This document shows positions 8,412 to 18,313 of a stretch of 36,056 nucleotides of DNA, one piece after another. How positions within the stretch are numbered: the stretch's first letter is position 1; every line of letters begins with the position of its first letter. Position numbers and translations under genes: made by a program. Under the pieces are notes generated by a model that was given only the letters and a program-made list of their open reading frames with translations, was not told the DNA's origin and did no database searches. The DNA is taken from NCBI GenBank assembly GCA_021779205.1, contig JAJYBE010000002.1, positions 1 through 36,056 of the forward strand. The letters run 5' to 3'. Source of the stretch: a bacterium (GTDB taxonomy: Bacteria; Patescibacteriota; Minisyncoccia; Moranbacterales; UBA2206).

Positions 8412-9257
8412 TTATTTTATTGTTTCAAAGCCTTTCTGTTTCCATCCATCGATTCCATTTGAAAGTGAAAAGGCATTAAAAAATCCAAGATCGAAAAGCC
8501 TTACTGCGCCTTTGAATGAGTTGATGCCAGTTTTATCGTAAAGAATGATTTTTCTATTGGAATTTATTTCCAATCTTCTTTTTTCCAGCTCAGAAAGAGG
8601 AATGTTAATAGCAGTATTGAGATGTTCCGATGTGAAATCTTGGCTTGCCCGGACATCGATAATCAGAATATTTTTTTGATCGATTATTTTTTTCAAATCT
8701 TCCGGAGTGATGTATTTTACTTTTGCTTGATCGGAAAAAGAAGCCGGATTACCGGTGCTTACAGTGGGGCTGAAGCCATTTTTCCATTCGGCAAAACCGC
8801 CTTCAAGATAATAAATATTTTTGTAGCCATTGGAGGATAAGAAATTGGCGACAGAGTTGATAGTGGAGACATCCTCAGTATAATCAAGAAAAACATAAGG
8901 TTTGTTCTTGTCCAGTTTTGCAAGAGAAGCGGGTATGTCCGAAAAGGGAATATTTTGAGAATCTGCAATGTGTTCTGTTGCATAGTCAGTTCCATTGCGT
9001 AAATCAATAAGATTTATCGCTCCTTCAGTTTGGATCTTTTTCATCAAGCCTTGCGGTGTTATTTTGCTGATTTCGGATGTGTTGACAGTCTCGATTTTTG
9101 CTATTTGATTGATTTTTGTTGTTGTCTGGTTGGAATTTCTTGTGGCATAAAATTTAAAAATAGTGATTGCTGCGACAAAAACAATTAAAGCAAATCCGAT
9201 TGCTAAAATTTTGAGATTTTCTTTTTCTCCTTCTTTTTGGTAATGACTGTTTTGCAT
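8412..9257 (-). CDS. Membrane-anchored tandem rhodanese-like protein with no catalytic Cys
   Basis: N-terminal TM helix; two domains each with ID(L/V)R...(Y/F)..EH....NIP and L..G...WK. Confidence 0.8.
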   Translation of the reverse strand: MQNSHYQKEGEKENLKILAIGFALIVFVAAITIFKFYATRNSNQTTTKINQIAKIETVNTSEISKITPQGLMKKIQTEGAINLIDLRNGTDYATEHIADSQNIPFSDIPASLAKLDKNKPYVFLDYTEDVSTINSVANFLSSNGYKNIYYLEGGFAEWKNGFSPTVSTGNPASFSDQAKVKYITPEDLKKIIDQKNILIIDVRASQDFTSEHLNTAINIPLSELEKRRLEINSNRKIILYDKTGINSFKGAVRLFDLGFFNAFSLSNGIDGWKQKGFETIK

Positions 9258-9272
9258 AAATTAAATCAATAA

Positions 9273-10235
9273 TTATTTTAGAATACTTCCGATAAAATCA
9301 GCATTGCCGTTAATGAATTTTTTTATGTCCAGGTTATTTTTGCCTTCTTTTTGTATTTCTTGCGGAAAAATCAAACCTTCACCTGCTTGAATAGCAATTT
9401 TTTCTTCTATTTGAAAAACCTCTCCCAAATGTTTTTTTTCTGTTGTATTCGCGTTGGAAAAAGTAATTTTGTTTAATTTTATTCGTAAAATTGAACCATT
9501 CTTTTCCCAATAAGTAAAAATGCCAGGCCATGCAAAAAAAGCGCGATAGCGATTATAAATTGATTGAGCCGAGTCGGACCAAATTATTTTTCCATCACTT
9601 CTTTCGATTAATTGACAGAGGGTGGCTTGTTTTTCGTTTTGAGGAGTTGATTTTATTTTTCTTTCAATCCAGAGCGGCAAGCTTTCCAGTATTAGTTTGA
9701 CCGATAGTGCGGATAGTCTTTGAGATAATTCAGAGGCGGTTTCATTATCACCGATAGCGATTTCTTGTTGTTTGATTATTTCACCGGTATCGATTCCTTT
9801 GTCCATCAGCATAAGTGTTACGCCGGTTTTTTTTTCTCCGCTCAGCAGAGCATTTTGAATGGGTGCCGGTCCGCGATAACTCGGGAGTAGCGATGCGTGG
9901 ATATTGATTGCTCCAAATCCGGGAAATTTCAGAATTGATTCCGGCAATATTTTGCCATAAGCGGCGACAATCAACAGATCAGGCGTTTGCTCTTTTAGCT
10001 TTATAATTTCTTCTTCATCAAGTTTTGATGGTGAAAAAACGGGAATATTGTATTTTTCCGCTGTGATTTTTACCGCAGTTTTTTCCAGAGTTTGTTTTCG
10101 CCCGACTTTTTTATCCGGTTGGGTGTATACTCCGATTAAATTATAATTATTTTCAATAAGTGCAACCAGAATTGCGTTGGCAAATTCCGATGTTCCCATA
10201 AAAATTGTACGCAATTTAATCGATTTTTGTTGCAT
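9273..10235 (-). CDS. fmt: Methionyl-tRNA formyltransferase
   Basis: FMGTSEFA, TQPDK..GR, VAAYGKIL, NIHASLLP.YRG.APIQ, DTGEI. Confidence 0.95.
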   Translation of the reverse strand: MQQKSIKLRTIFMGTSEFANAILVALIENNYNLIGVYTQPDKKVGRKQTLEKTAVKITAEKYNIPVFSPSKLDEEEIIKLKEQTPDLLIVAAYGKILPESILKFPGFGAINIHASLLPSYRGPAPIQNALLSGEKKTGVTLMLMDKGIDTGEIIKQQEIAIGDNETASELSQRLSALSVKLILESLPLWIERKIKSTPQNEKQATLCQLIERSDGKIIWSDSAQSIYNRYRAFFAWPGIFTYWEKNGSILRIKLNKITFSNANTTEKKHLGEVFQIEEKIAIQAGEGLIFPQEIQKEGKNNLDIKKFINGNADFIGSILK

Positions 10236-10250
10236 ATTTTTTTGGTTTTA

Positions 10251-10703
10251 TTATTTTTTAGTTTTTAAGCGGTCAATATATAAAATACCATCAAGATGAT
10301 CTATTTCATGCTGAAAAGCTCTGGCTAGGATTCCGGTTGCTTCAAGGGTGATTTCTTTTGCGTTTTTTCCGATTGCTTCGACAACGACTTTTTTGGATCT
10401 TTTTATCGGAATAAATTGACCGGGAAAAGATAGGCAGCCTTCTTCAGCGGTTTCTTTGCTCCAGGATTTTAATTTAAATTGCGGATTAATGAGAACATAA
10501 ATTTTTCTTTCATATTTGACTATGCAAATGCGAAAAGATTTTCCTATCTGCGGAGCGGCTAAGCCCATGCCGTTATTTGCTTCCATCGTTTCTATCATAT
10601 CCAGAATCAACTCTTGGATTTGAGGATCGGCAGGGTTTTTAACTATTTCCGTTTTTTGCTTAAGAATAGGATCCGGGTAGATTTTTATTGGCAAAATTGT
10701 CAT
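10251..10703 (-). CDS. def: Peptide deformylase
   Basis: GMGLAAPQIG, EGCLS, QHEIDHLDG. Confidence 0.97.
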   Translation of the reverse strand: MTILPIKIYPDPILKQKTEIVKNPADPQIQELILDMIETMEANNGMGLAAPQIGKSFRICIVKYERKIYVLINPQFKLKSWSKETAEEGCLSFPGQFIPIKRSKKVVVEAIGKNAKEITLEATGILARAFQHEIDHLDGILYIDRLKTKK

Positions 10704-10714
10704 TTTTTTAAAAA

Positions 10715-12718
10715 TTAAATAATAGAAATTGGATCGATATCAACAATCCAACCGGAGGAAAGCGAGCCTAGAATAGCTGCAATTTTTTTTTCCAAAAAGG
10801 AATCGAATTTGATGATCAGCTGTTTGCGAAATTTTCCTTTTATTTTTGCGGAAAAACAATCTTGTGGGGCGGTTACTTTTAATCGGTTATCAGCAAAAAT
10901 GAGAAGTTGATAAACTTTTTCAGTTTCCAAATCAACCTTTTTTTTATTATAATCTTGAAAAATCAACTTGGCAATTTTATTAAAAGGAGGATAGGACAGT
11001 ATTTTCCGATCGGACAATTCTTGTTCATAGAAGTTTATGTAATTCTTTTCGGAAACGGATTTGAATAATTTATTTTCCGGATGATAGGTTTGAATAATAA
11101 CCGTTCCGGGAAATATTGCCCCCGGGCGAGAAACGCGCCCGGAAATTTGCATTAAATCTTGCCAAGCTTTTTCTTGTGTATTCCAAGACGGAAGCGCAAG
11201 CATATTATCGGCGTCAATGATTCCAATCAAAGACATTTTTGGAAAGCCCCAGCCTTTAGTGATCATTTGCGTTCCGACTACAATATCCGCTTCGCCTTGT
11301 GAAATTTTTTGATATATTTTTTTATGAAAATCTTTTTCTTTTGCATTTTCCGTATCAATACGAAAAATTTTGGCTGCTGGAAATAGCGCATTTATTTCTT
11401 TCTCTACTTTTTGCGTGCCTAATCCGATATTTTTGAAAATAATTTTTTTACATTTGGAACATTCCGGAATGACGGGAGAAATGTAGGAGCAAGAAGGGCA
11501 TTTATAATTTCCGAAATTATTATAGATTAGGGCGTGATCGCAGTTAGGACAGCGAAGCACTGTTTTGCAGTTATTGCAAATTGAAAAAGCGCTCATTCCT
11601 TGGCGATTGATGAATAAAATGCTTTGCAATCCGTTTTTAAGCGCATAGGCAATTTCTGCCTTTAGTTTTTTGGAAATGCAAGAATAATTTTTTATCCAAT
11701 GTTCTTTTCGCATATCAACGATAGTTGTTGTGAGCGGTGGTTTTTTAAGATTTTTCAATTCCAATTCCGGTAATTTCAATAGTTGGCGTTTATTGATTTG
11801 TGTTTGATAAAAAGAGGCTATGCTTGGCGTGGCTGATCCGAAGACTATTTTGCAATCATTGATTTTTGCCAATTTTTCTGCCACGGTTCTTGCATCATAG
11901 CGGGGAGTTTTCTCCCATTGTTTGAAAGACATGTCTTGTTCTTCATCAACTATAATTAGCGCTAATTGTTTAAAGGGGGCGAAGACAGACATTCGTGTTC
12001 CAATAATTATTTTTGCTTTTCCTGATTTTATGTTTTGCCAATTGGAATATAGATCGCTATTTTTCAGACTACTGCTAAAAAGGACGATTTCTGCCGGATT
12101 GAAATAGTCGCCATATCTTTCCATTGCCTGAGGAGTCAATGTTTTTTCCGGCACCAGAACCAGGAATTGATTTTGCGAGTCGTGTTTTTTTAGCTTAAGA
12201 ATGGAATGAATATACACTTCTGTTTTGCCCGATCCCGAAGGGCCATAAAGCAAGTAGGGAAGCGATTTGTTTTTTTCAGCGCCTTGCGTGATAGCGTTCA
12301 CTGCTTTTTTTTGGGCGAGAGTCAAATCAATGGTTGGCGGGTTAGGCGTTTTTTGTTTATTTTTTTCTGTTGTTTTGATTTTCGCCTTGGTTATTTTGAT
12401 GATGAAATTTTTAAGTACTGTTCCCAATGGAGCAAAATAATAAACAGAAAGATATTCCGCTAATGCGATTTGTTGAGAAGTTAAAAAATCTTTTTCCAGA
12501 ATTTTATCAATATTTTTTAGATTTTGTGTGGGTGAAATTTTTGTTCGAGCATTATTTTCAACGACAATGCCTTCGATAATTCTTGTGGAAAATGGTATTG
12601 AAACCAGCGATCCGACGGAAATATTTTCAGTTGAGAAGTAGCAAAAAAACGGCTCCCTATTAAGCGGAATTTTAGTTAACGGAACAATATTTAGGAGGTA
12701 TTTAGTTTTTTTTAGCAT
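10715..12718 (-). CDS. priA: Primosomal protein N' (replication-restart helicase)
   Basis: Walker A GPSGSGKTEVY, DEEQD, GSATPS, four CxxC pairs, GLGTQKVE, GTQMITKG. Confidence 0.93.
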   Translation of the reverse strand: MLKKTKYLLNIVPLTKIPLNREPFFCYFSTENISVGSLVSIPFSTRIIEGIVVENNARTKISPTQNLKNIDKILEKDFLTSQQIALAEYLSVYYFAPLGTVLKNFIIKITKAKIKTTEKNKQKTPNPPTIDLTLAQKKAVNAITQGAEKNKSLPYLLYGPSGSGKTEVYIHSILKLKKHDSQNQFLVLVPEKTLTPQAMERYGDYFNPAEIVLFSSSLKNSDLYSNWQNIKSGKAKIIIGTRMSVFAPFKQLALIIVDEEQDMSFKQWEKTPRYDARTVAEKLAKINDCKIVFGSATPSIASFYQTQINKRQLLKLPELELKNLKKPPLTTTIVDMRKEHWIKNYSCISKKLKAEIAYALKNGLQSILFINRQGMSAFSICNNCKTVLRCPNCDHALIYNNFGNYKCPSCSYISPVIPECSKCKKIIFKNIGLGTQKVEKEINALFPAAKIFRIDTENAKEKDFHKKIYQKISQGEADIVVGTQMITKGWGFPKMSLIGIIDADNMLALPSWNTQEKAWQDLMQISGRVSRPGAIFPGTVIIQTYHPENKLFKSVSEKNYINFYEQELSDRKILSYPPFNKIAKLIFQDYNKKKVDLETEKVYQLLIFADNRLKVTAPQDCFSAKIKGKFRKQLIIKFDSFLEKKIAAILGSLSSGWIVDIDPISII

Positions 12719-12724
12719 GAGTTT

Positions 12725-12753
12725 ATTTTAGGGCGGTTGTGTGATTTTAGCAA
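12725..12753 (-). promoter_or_regulatory. Sigma70-type promoter for priA-def-fmt, probably leaderless
   Basis: Minus strand TTGCTA (12753-12748), 17-nt spacer, TAAAAT (12730-12725), 6 nt, then ATG. Confidence 0.55.
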
Positions 12754-12925
12754 GCAAGTAAGAGTATTTTTTTGTGAATTTGCCATTTGCCGCAAACAAG
12801 CCAGTGGCTAAATTTATTTTTTTATGTTAAAATTAAAACAGTTGAAAAATAATCGGCAAGATGGAATAATCGCGCACCTGAAAAATAGAGTGCGATAATT
12901 GAAAAATTAAAAATAATTCAAATTT

Positions 12926-13717
12926 ATGTTGGCAATTTTTTTTGTTTTCGGTCTTATTATTGGCAGTTTTCTTAATGTGGTGGTTTATCGCACCAATTTG
13001 GCGGAAACGCTTTTGGGACGATCGCATTGTCCGAAATGCAAAAAAAAGATTCGCTGGTATGATAATATTCCGGTTTTGAGTTTTGTTTTTCTTGGAGCAA
13101 AATGCCGCGATTGCGGGAAAAAAATTTCTTGGATTTATCCGCTGGTTGAATTGCTAACCGGAGTAATTTTTGCTTTTTTGGGAACGAAGTTTTTTGTGCT
13201 TTCTGATCCGATAACTTGGTTTTCCGCTTCCTATTATCTGGCAATCGCGTCTATTTTGATTGTGATTTTTGTTTATGATTGGCTGTATATGGAAATTCCC
13301 GGCCTCGTGCTTTGGCTAGGTGTCGGAATTGCGATTTTTGGTAATTTGGTTATTGATTTGCAAAAAAACGTTTTTAGAGGGGGGATTTTAAACAGTCTAA
13401 CCTACTCCGGAGTATTAGCGGCTTTTTGCGCTTTTATTTTTTTCTTTACGCTTTCCAAAGTCTCTAAGGAAAAATGGATGGGAATGGGGGATGTTTTCTT
13501 AGTGATTCTTTTGGGTTTGGTTTTAGGCTGGCCAAAAATTCTTTTGGGGCTATTTTTAGCTTTTGCGATTGGCGCAATTTGTGGTATTATTTTGATAGTG
13601 ATAGGAAAAAAGAAAATGAGTAGTCAAATTCCTTTTGCACCTTTTTTGGTCTTGGGAACGATTGTTACAATGCTCTATTATGAGCCACTAATTGGTTGGT
13701 ATCTGCATTTTTTTTAG
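12926..13717 (+). CDS. pilD: Type IV prepilin peptidase/N-methyltransferase (A24 family)
   Basis: GSFLNVV.YR, RSHCPKC, NIPVLSF...GAKCRDC, catalytic Asp in VYDW and MGMGDV, C-terminal IPFAPFL. Confidence 0.93.
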   Translation: MLAIFFVFGLIIGSFLNVVVYRTNLAETLLGRSHCPKCKKKIRWYDNIPVLSFVFLGAKCRDCGKKISWIYPLVELLTGVIFAFLGTKFFVLSDPITWFSASYYLAIASILIVIFVYDWLYMEIPGLVLWLGVGIAIFGNLVIDLQKNVFRGGILNSLTYSGVLAAFCAFIFFFTLSKVSKEKWMGMGDVFLVILLGLVLGWPKILLGLFLAFAIGAICGIILIVIGKKKMSSQIPFAPFLVLGTIVTMLYYEPLIGWYLHFF

Positions 13718-13737
13718 GAAGTGATATTTTTTATTAT

Positions 13738-14166
13738 ATGTCAAAAAAAATAAAAGCATTTACCTTAATTGAAATACTGATTGTCGTCGCCATTTTGGCT
13801 GTTTTGAGTGCTGTTTCGTGGTTAAATTTGAACAATTCAAAAAAATCCGCTGATGTTGGGAATGCTTGTTCGCAAGTGGCGGCCTATATCAATAAAGCTC
13901 GAAATTATGCAGTTTCCGGCACTGTTAAATCGGCAACAGTAACCGTATCAGGAAAAGAAATCAACGTTTCAATTACGCCCAATAGCGGAACGGTTACTAG
14001 TGAGAGCTATATGCTCAAGGGTGATGTTTCTTGTTCATCATCATCATCATCATTTTCGTATTTAGCACCCAATGGAGTTGGCGTTAGCGGAACAATAAAA
14101 TGCTCATCATCCGATGGAAGCGTAAAAACTGTTATAGTTACACCATATCAAGCGGTTTGCAACTAG
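13738..14166 (+). CDS. Type IV minor pilin, FimU/GspH-like (cassette 1)
   Basis: MSKKIKA|FTLIEILIVVAIL prepilin motif, ARNYA helix; ATG 13738 preferred. Confidence 0.8.
   Translation: MSKKIKAFTLIEILIVVAILAVLSAVSWLNLNNSKKSADVGNACSQVAAYINKARNYAVSGTVKSATVTVSGKEINVSITPNSGTVTSESYMLKGDVSCSSSSSSFSYLAPNGVGVSGTIKCSSSDGSVKTVIVTPYQAVCN
14035..14052 (+). repeat. (TCA)6 trinucleotide repeat encoding a poly-Ser tract
   Basis: tcatcatcatcatcatca in frame within the first pilin gene. Confidence 0.8.
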
Positions 14167-14186
14167 AATGATTAAAATAGATTAAA

Positions 14187-14732
14187 ATGAGAAAAAAAAA
14201 TAAAAACAATAAGCAAAAAATGTTTGTCAGAAAAAAAGGCTTTATGATGATTGAAGCAGTTTTTTCTATTTTTATTACCGGAATCGCACTGGTAGCTTTC
14301 TTAAATGTTTTGGGAATTATGTATAAAGCTGAATTTAATAAAAGAGATTATGTTATTGCAACTAATTTGGCGCAGGAGGAAATTGAATTGGTACGAAATA
14401 TTAGGGATAATAATTGGAAAACATCAGGAAAGGCATTTGATTGTCCAGGAGATCCGCTTGGTTGTCATGTTTTTCCGTCAAATGGAAATTTATGCATAGA
14501 TTATTCTATGACAAATTCAATTTCTTGCGACACTAAAGATAAAAGGCAATTATATATTAACAACGATGAATTTTATCAGTATGACAGTTCCAACGCTCAC
14601 GCGACAAAGTTTTACAGATATTTTATTCTTTCCGGCAGTGGTGATTCGAGGATAATAACGGTTAGTGTGACTTGGGATAACAATGAAATTAAAGTTCAAG
14701 ATACTCTATATGCTTGGGCTGATGCTTCGTAA
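14187..14732 (+). CDS. Type IV minor pilin, PilV/GspI-like (cassette 1)
   Basis: KKG|FMMIEAV; ATNLAQEEIELVRNIRDNN; C-terminal ITVSVTW. Confidence 0.8.
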   Translation: MRKKNKNNKQKMFVRKKGFMMIEAVFSIFITGIALVAFLNVLGIMYKAEFNKRDYVIATNLAQEEIELVRNIRDNNWKTSGKAFDCPGDPLGCHVFPSNGNLCIDYSMTNSISCDTKDKRQLYINNDEFYQYDSSNAHATKFYRYFILSGSGDSRIITVSVTWDNNEIKVQDTLYAWADAS

Positions 14733-14750
14733 TAAAATAAAAAAAGAAAA

Positions 14751-15221
14751 ATGCAGGAAATATTTAAAAAAAAAGGCGGACTGACTTTAATTGAAATGCT
14801 GGTGGCTATTTTTGTTTTTTCTATAACGATTGCCGCTAGCATGGCGGTGGCTGCTACATATCTCAAGAGTAGCTATGCTATTAAAAAATATCAAGAAAAT
14901 AGTGAAGAGTTATCATCAGCTTTAAATTATATTTCCAAAGATATTCGGATGAGCAATACCTTGTCTGATAGTAGTGGCAATGGAATAAATGCAAGCATTA
15001 ATTTGACACCCAATAGCGAAAGCGCTTCCGTGTCGTATGCTTTTGATAATAGTCAGAATATTTTAAGTAAAGAAGGAAACCCGATTATTAGTAATATTGG
15101 CGGTTATTTTTATATAAAAAATTATTCAGCCATTCCAAGCATTACAATTGTCATTTGGAAGAAGAATTTTCCTGGTTTTCCCGTTCAAACAACAGTCTCG
15201 ATGCGCAGTGGCTATAAATAG
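14751..15221 (+). CDS. Type IV minor pilin, PilW/GspJ-like (cassette 1)
   Basis: KKGG|LTLIEMLVAI; ALNYISKDIRMS; C-terminal QTTVSMR. Confidence 0.8.
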   Translation: MQEIFKKKGGLTLIEMLVAIFVFSITIAASMAVAATYLKSSYAIKKYQENSEELSSALNYISKDIRMSNTLSDSSGNGINASINLTPNSESASVSYAFDNSQNILSKEGNPIISNIGGYFYIKNYSAIPSITIVIWKKNFPGFPVQTTVSMRSGYK

Positions 15222-15238
15222 AAATAAAATAAAAAAGT

Positions 15239-17212
15239 ATGAAGAATGAGAGAATAATTTATCAAAAAGGTTCAATGCTTGTCGGCGTGTTGATCGTATT
15301 TTTAATGATTTCAATGGTGGCGATTGCCATCATTAATCGCTCGCTTCAAGGGACGGTTCTTACGGTAGATTCTAAAAAAGGTTATGCGACATATCAAAAT
15401 TCAGATTCAAGCGCGGAGAGTTTTTTGGATAAGTTTAAGAGTTTAGACAATGGAACATCCAATCAAATTCCGGAAAATACATCAGCCTTAAGTTTTTGCG
15501 GTGATACATTATGTTATAAAAAAGATGGGACAACTAAACTTGATTCTACTAAAAGCGTTAGCGATATTTTTAATTTTAAAACCAGCGCCACAGTGAATGA
15601 TGTTACCAGAACGATTTTTGCTCCTGTGCCTGATAGAATTGATGGAAAGTTGGGAGTGAGTGATTTGGAGGCGAAAAATTGCGATGGCATATATGCCCCT
15701 TGCAATGGATCATATAATAAATGTGATATAGGTATTAAGGTAGATGCTAGAGGTTTTGACTCAACGACAATGTTAAACTATGAAATCAGAAAATCAATCA
15801 ATTCGTCATTGGCATTTGGCGCGTCTAGTGGAGAGTATTATGGTTGGCAAAGAGTGCCTCAAGGAGATGCTACCTACGACCAATTTTTTGCAAAAGATGG
15901 AACGAAATTGCTTAAAAACGGTGATAGCTTGCTTAGTAATCAATATGGTCAGACATATTATTTCACTATCAAGGCCAGACACAAAAATCCTTTCAGTCTG
16001 GATTCGCTTTATTTGGATGATGGATCGGGAAAAGCTCCCCAAGAAGTTTTAATTGATAGCGCGCCAAAATGTAGCGGAACTGTAACTATCGGCACAACAA
16101 GCTATAATGCTCTTGATAAATTGGGATGTGTTACTTCGAATAATCAGCCGGCTGGAACAGAAACTTTCAAAAATTCCTATAATTGTTGTAACGGAACAGA
16201 GTGTTATATGCCTAGTCCGCATTGGACAAATAGTTCGGATAACACATGTGCTTTGGAGTTGTGTGACAATTCTGATCAAGAAGGTTTTCGTGATAATGTT
16301 GTTCCCGATGTTCCATCTGGTATTTTTGACGCACGAACTACTGGATTGGGTTGGTGTGGAACAGCAGTAATGTGCGTGCCAGGAAGAACATGCAAGGATC
16401 CTTATAGATATGTTGGGTATTGTAATTCTCCAAAAGATAAGAGCTCTCAATATGACGCTTTTCTCCCAGTCACAGACTGGAAATTTAATAATTTTGTAAA
16501 TGTAAATATGAATATTGTAGGAAATGCGCCAAACAGAACCGCAGGAGCTTTGGTAGAGCCTCGCTGTTCATATCACACTTGTCCAGCAGCTCCTTTGCAG
16601 AGTTGTGGAACTCCCACTGGTGGTTATGGATCTTTTAGCGCAAGTTTATCTTGTAACAATACGACAAATTGTGGACCATATACAGCTACGGTTTCATGCA
16701 ACCTATCTTGTGATTCCGGATATTATCCGGCAGTAGATAAGGCAAGCTCAACGACAGATCAAGTAACGATTAGTTATCCCAATAAATCATGTTGCTATAA
16801 GGATGCACCATCACCAGCTCCAACATGCGCAAGTGCCGGTTATAGTTGCGGATGGTTTCAAAGTTGGGTACCTATTTGTGGTAGTGGGTCGTGGAGTACT
16901 AGTTCATGCTGGAACCCTCATGGGTGCGGACCTGCTCCTACATGCTCTTGCGGCACGACAGGAAGTTGCACGGATACTTGCTCTGGAGTAGTTAGTGATA
17001 CGAGGAGTTGCACTGATCCGACCAATTTTGGCACTGCTTGTTATTCGGGAGCGAATAATTGTGGAGACACGAATACTGGAACAATTCAGTGCGATGGTAG
17101 TTGTAGCGCGTCAGTTCCTGCAGATATTGCTCCCACTACTTGTTGCGATGGAAGCACGGTGAGCTGTGGTGCTAGCTGTACTGTTACTTGTCCACCACCG
17201 GCTTTGCCTTAA
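15239..17212 (+). CDS. PilX/GspK-like minor pilin fused to a large Cys-rich, adhesin-like C-terminus
   Basis: QKG|SMLVGVLIVF with no Glu5 (typical of PilX), YQNSDSSAE, an FN3-like stretch (NYEIRKS...TYYFTIKAR), then a densely Cys-rich region. Confidence 0.75.
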   Translation: MKNERIIYQKGSMLVGVLIVFLMISMVAIAIINRSLQGTVLTVDSKKGYATYQNSDSSAESFLDKFKSLDNGTSNQIPENTSALSFCGDTLCYKKDGTTKLDSTKSVSDIFNFKTSATVNDVTRTIFAPVPDRIDGKLGVSDLEAKNCDGIYAPCNGSYNKCDIGIKVDARGFDSTTMLNYEIRKSINSSLAFGASSGEYYGWQRVPQGDATYDQFFAKDGTKLLKNGDSLLSNQYGQTYYFTIKARHKNPFSLDSLYLDDGSGKAPQEVLIDSAPKCSGTVTIGTTSYNALDKLGCVTSNNQPAGTETFKNSYNCCNGTECYMPSPHWTNSSDNTCALELCDNSDQEGFRDNVVPDVPSGIFDARTTGLGWCGTAVMCVPGRTCKDPYRYVGYCNSPKDKSSQYDAFLPVTDWKFNNFVNVNMNIVGNAPNRTAGALVEPRCSYHTCPAAPLQSCGTPTGGYGSFSASLSCNNTTNCGPYTATVSCNLSCDSGYYPAVDKASSTTDQVTISYPNKSCCYKDAPSPAPTCASAGYSCGWFQSWVPICGSGSWSTSSCWNPHGCGPAPTCSCGTTGSCTDTCSGVVSDTRSCTDPTNFGTACYSGANNCGDTNTGTIQCDGSCSASVPADIAPTTCCDGSTVSCGASCTVTCPPPALP

Positions 17213-17249
17213 TTTTATTATATGAGGGTAGGGTTTTTAAGATTAAAGA

Positions 17250-17747
17250 ATGATCAAAAAAAAAGAAAAAAAAGAAAAAGGCTTTACACTCATAGAGATA
17301 TTGATTGTTGTGGCATTAATTGGTATTTTGAGTGTTGTTTCGATTACTTCAATGAAATCAGGGCAAGATCAAAATAAGCTTAAAGCAGCGCAGGCAGAAA
17401 CGGAATCGATTATAAAATTAGCGCAAAGTTATGCGCTTCAGGGTAAAAAGCAGGGAAATATTGTGCCAAAATATTATGGCGTTAAATTTTCAGTAGATGG
17501 AAAAAACTATTCTTTTTGCAGTAATTTGAATGATACCGATGTCGATTGCAACAATCTAATAGAAAACTATCAATTTAAAAATGGGGTGATGCTTAGTGCG
17601 GGACAGGGAACGCAAATATCTTTTGATATTCCTTATGGCAATTGTCGGTTAAGTTCAGCCAGCGATAACTTGACATTGACATTTAAATTTGACAATAATT
17701 CGCGAGGAATAATAGTCAACAAAGGCGGCGCAATTACGGAAAATTAA
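17250..17747 (+). CDS. Type IV minor pilin, FimU/GspH-like (cassette 2)
   Basis: EKG|FTLIEILIVVAL; IKLAQSYALQG; YYGVKF. Confidence 0.82.
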   Translation: MIKKKEKKEKGFTLIEILIVVALIGILSVVSITSMKSGQDQNKLKAAQAETESIIKLAQSYALQGKKQGNIVPKYYGVKFSVDGKNYSFCSNLNDTDVDCNNLIENYQFKNGVMLSAGQGTQISFDIPYGNCRLSSASDNLTLTFKFDNNSRGIIVNKGGAITEN

Positions 17748-18311
17748 ATGAAAACAAGATTTATAAAATTAAAAAAATATGCAGCTTTTTCTTTTGTTGA
17801 AGTGATGCTTTCCGTGACAATATTATCAATTGGCATAGTTGGTGTGATGCCTTTATTTATTTCCAATTTGAGGGTTTCTATGGATAGCCGCGATCAGATT
17901 ATTGCCGATATGTTGGCGCAGGAAGGAACGGAATTAGTGCAGAGTTTGCGAGATAATAATTTAGTGAATGGGGCAGTCGGGGGAATTTTTGATGGCGCAA
18001 CATTTCCCGGCTCAAGTTCAAGTAATTGCAGAATCAGTTATGATACGGATAAAATAATTTGCGATGGAACATATCAACTTAATTTAGATGCAAATAAATT
18101 TTATACTCACAAAGCAGATACGGGAGCGGTTGCTACAAAATTTAAACGAAAAATAAGTGTGGCATATAGTCCAAACTCAGATAATACGAGTGCCACGAAA
18201 GCGGAAATTATAAGTATGACAATTTGGGGAAATGTTTTTCCGGATATAGGCAGTTGCAACGCAGGCAATAAATGCGCTTATACCAAGTTAATTTTAACCA
18301 AATGGAATTAA
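17748..18311 (+). CDS. Type IV minor pilin, PilV-like (cassette 2)
   Basis: YAA|FSFVEVML; ADMLAQEGTELVQSLRDNN, paralogous to 14187..14732. Confidence 0.8.
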   Translation: MKTRFIKLKKYAAFSFVEVMLSVTILSIGIVGVMPLFISNLRVSMDSRDQIIADMLAQEGTELVQSLRDNNLVNGAVGGIFDGATFPGSSSSNCRISYDTDKIICDGTYQLNLDANKFYTHKADTGAVATKFKRKISVAYSPNSDNTSATKAEIISMTIWGNVFPDIGSCNAGNKCAYTKLILTKWN

Positions 18312-18313
18312 AG

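Noticed and set aside
11930..11950. PriA motif II reads DEEQD instead of DEEHD, suggesting an inactive helicase
   Set aside because: The catalytic DE pair, Walker A, SAT motif and Zn ligands are intact; one substitution is not enough to claim inactivation.
14035..14052. (TCA)6 repeat as a contingency locus
   Set aside because: Short and in frame; length change would only alter a Ser tract, and variability cannot be seen from one sequence.
14192..17273. A9 runs near the 5' ends of three pilin genes (14192-14200, 14766-14774, 17256-17264) as phase-variation switches
   Set aside because: They encode the Lys-rich prepilin leaders, all genes are in frame, and A8-A9 runs also occur in other genes of this AT-rich window.
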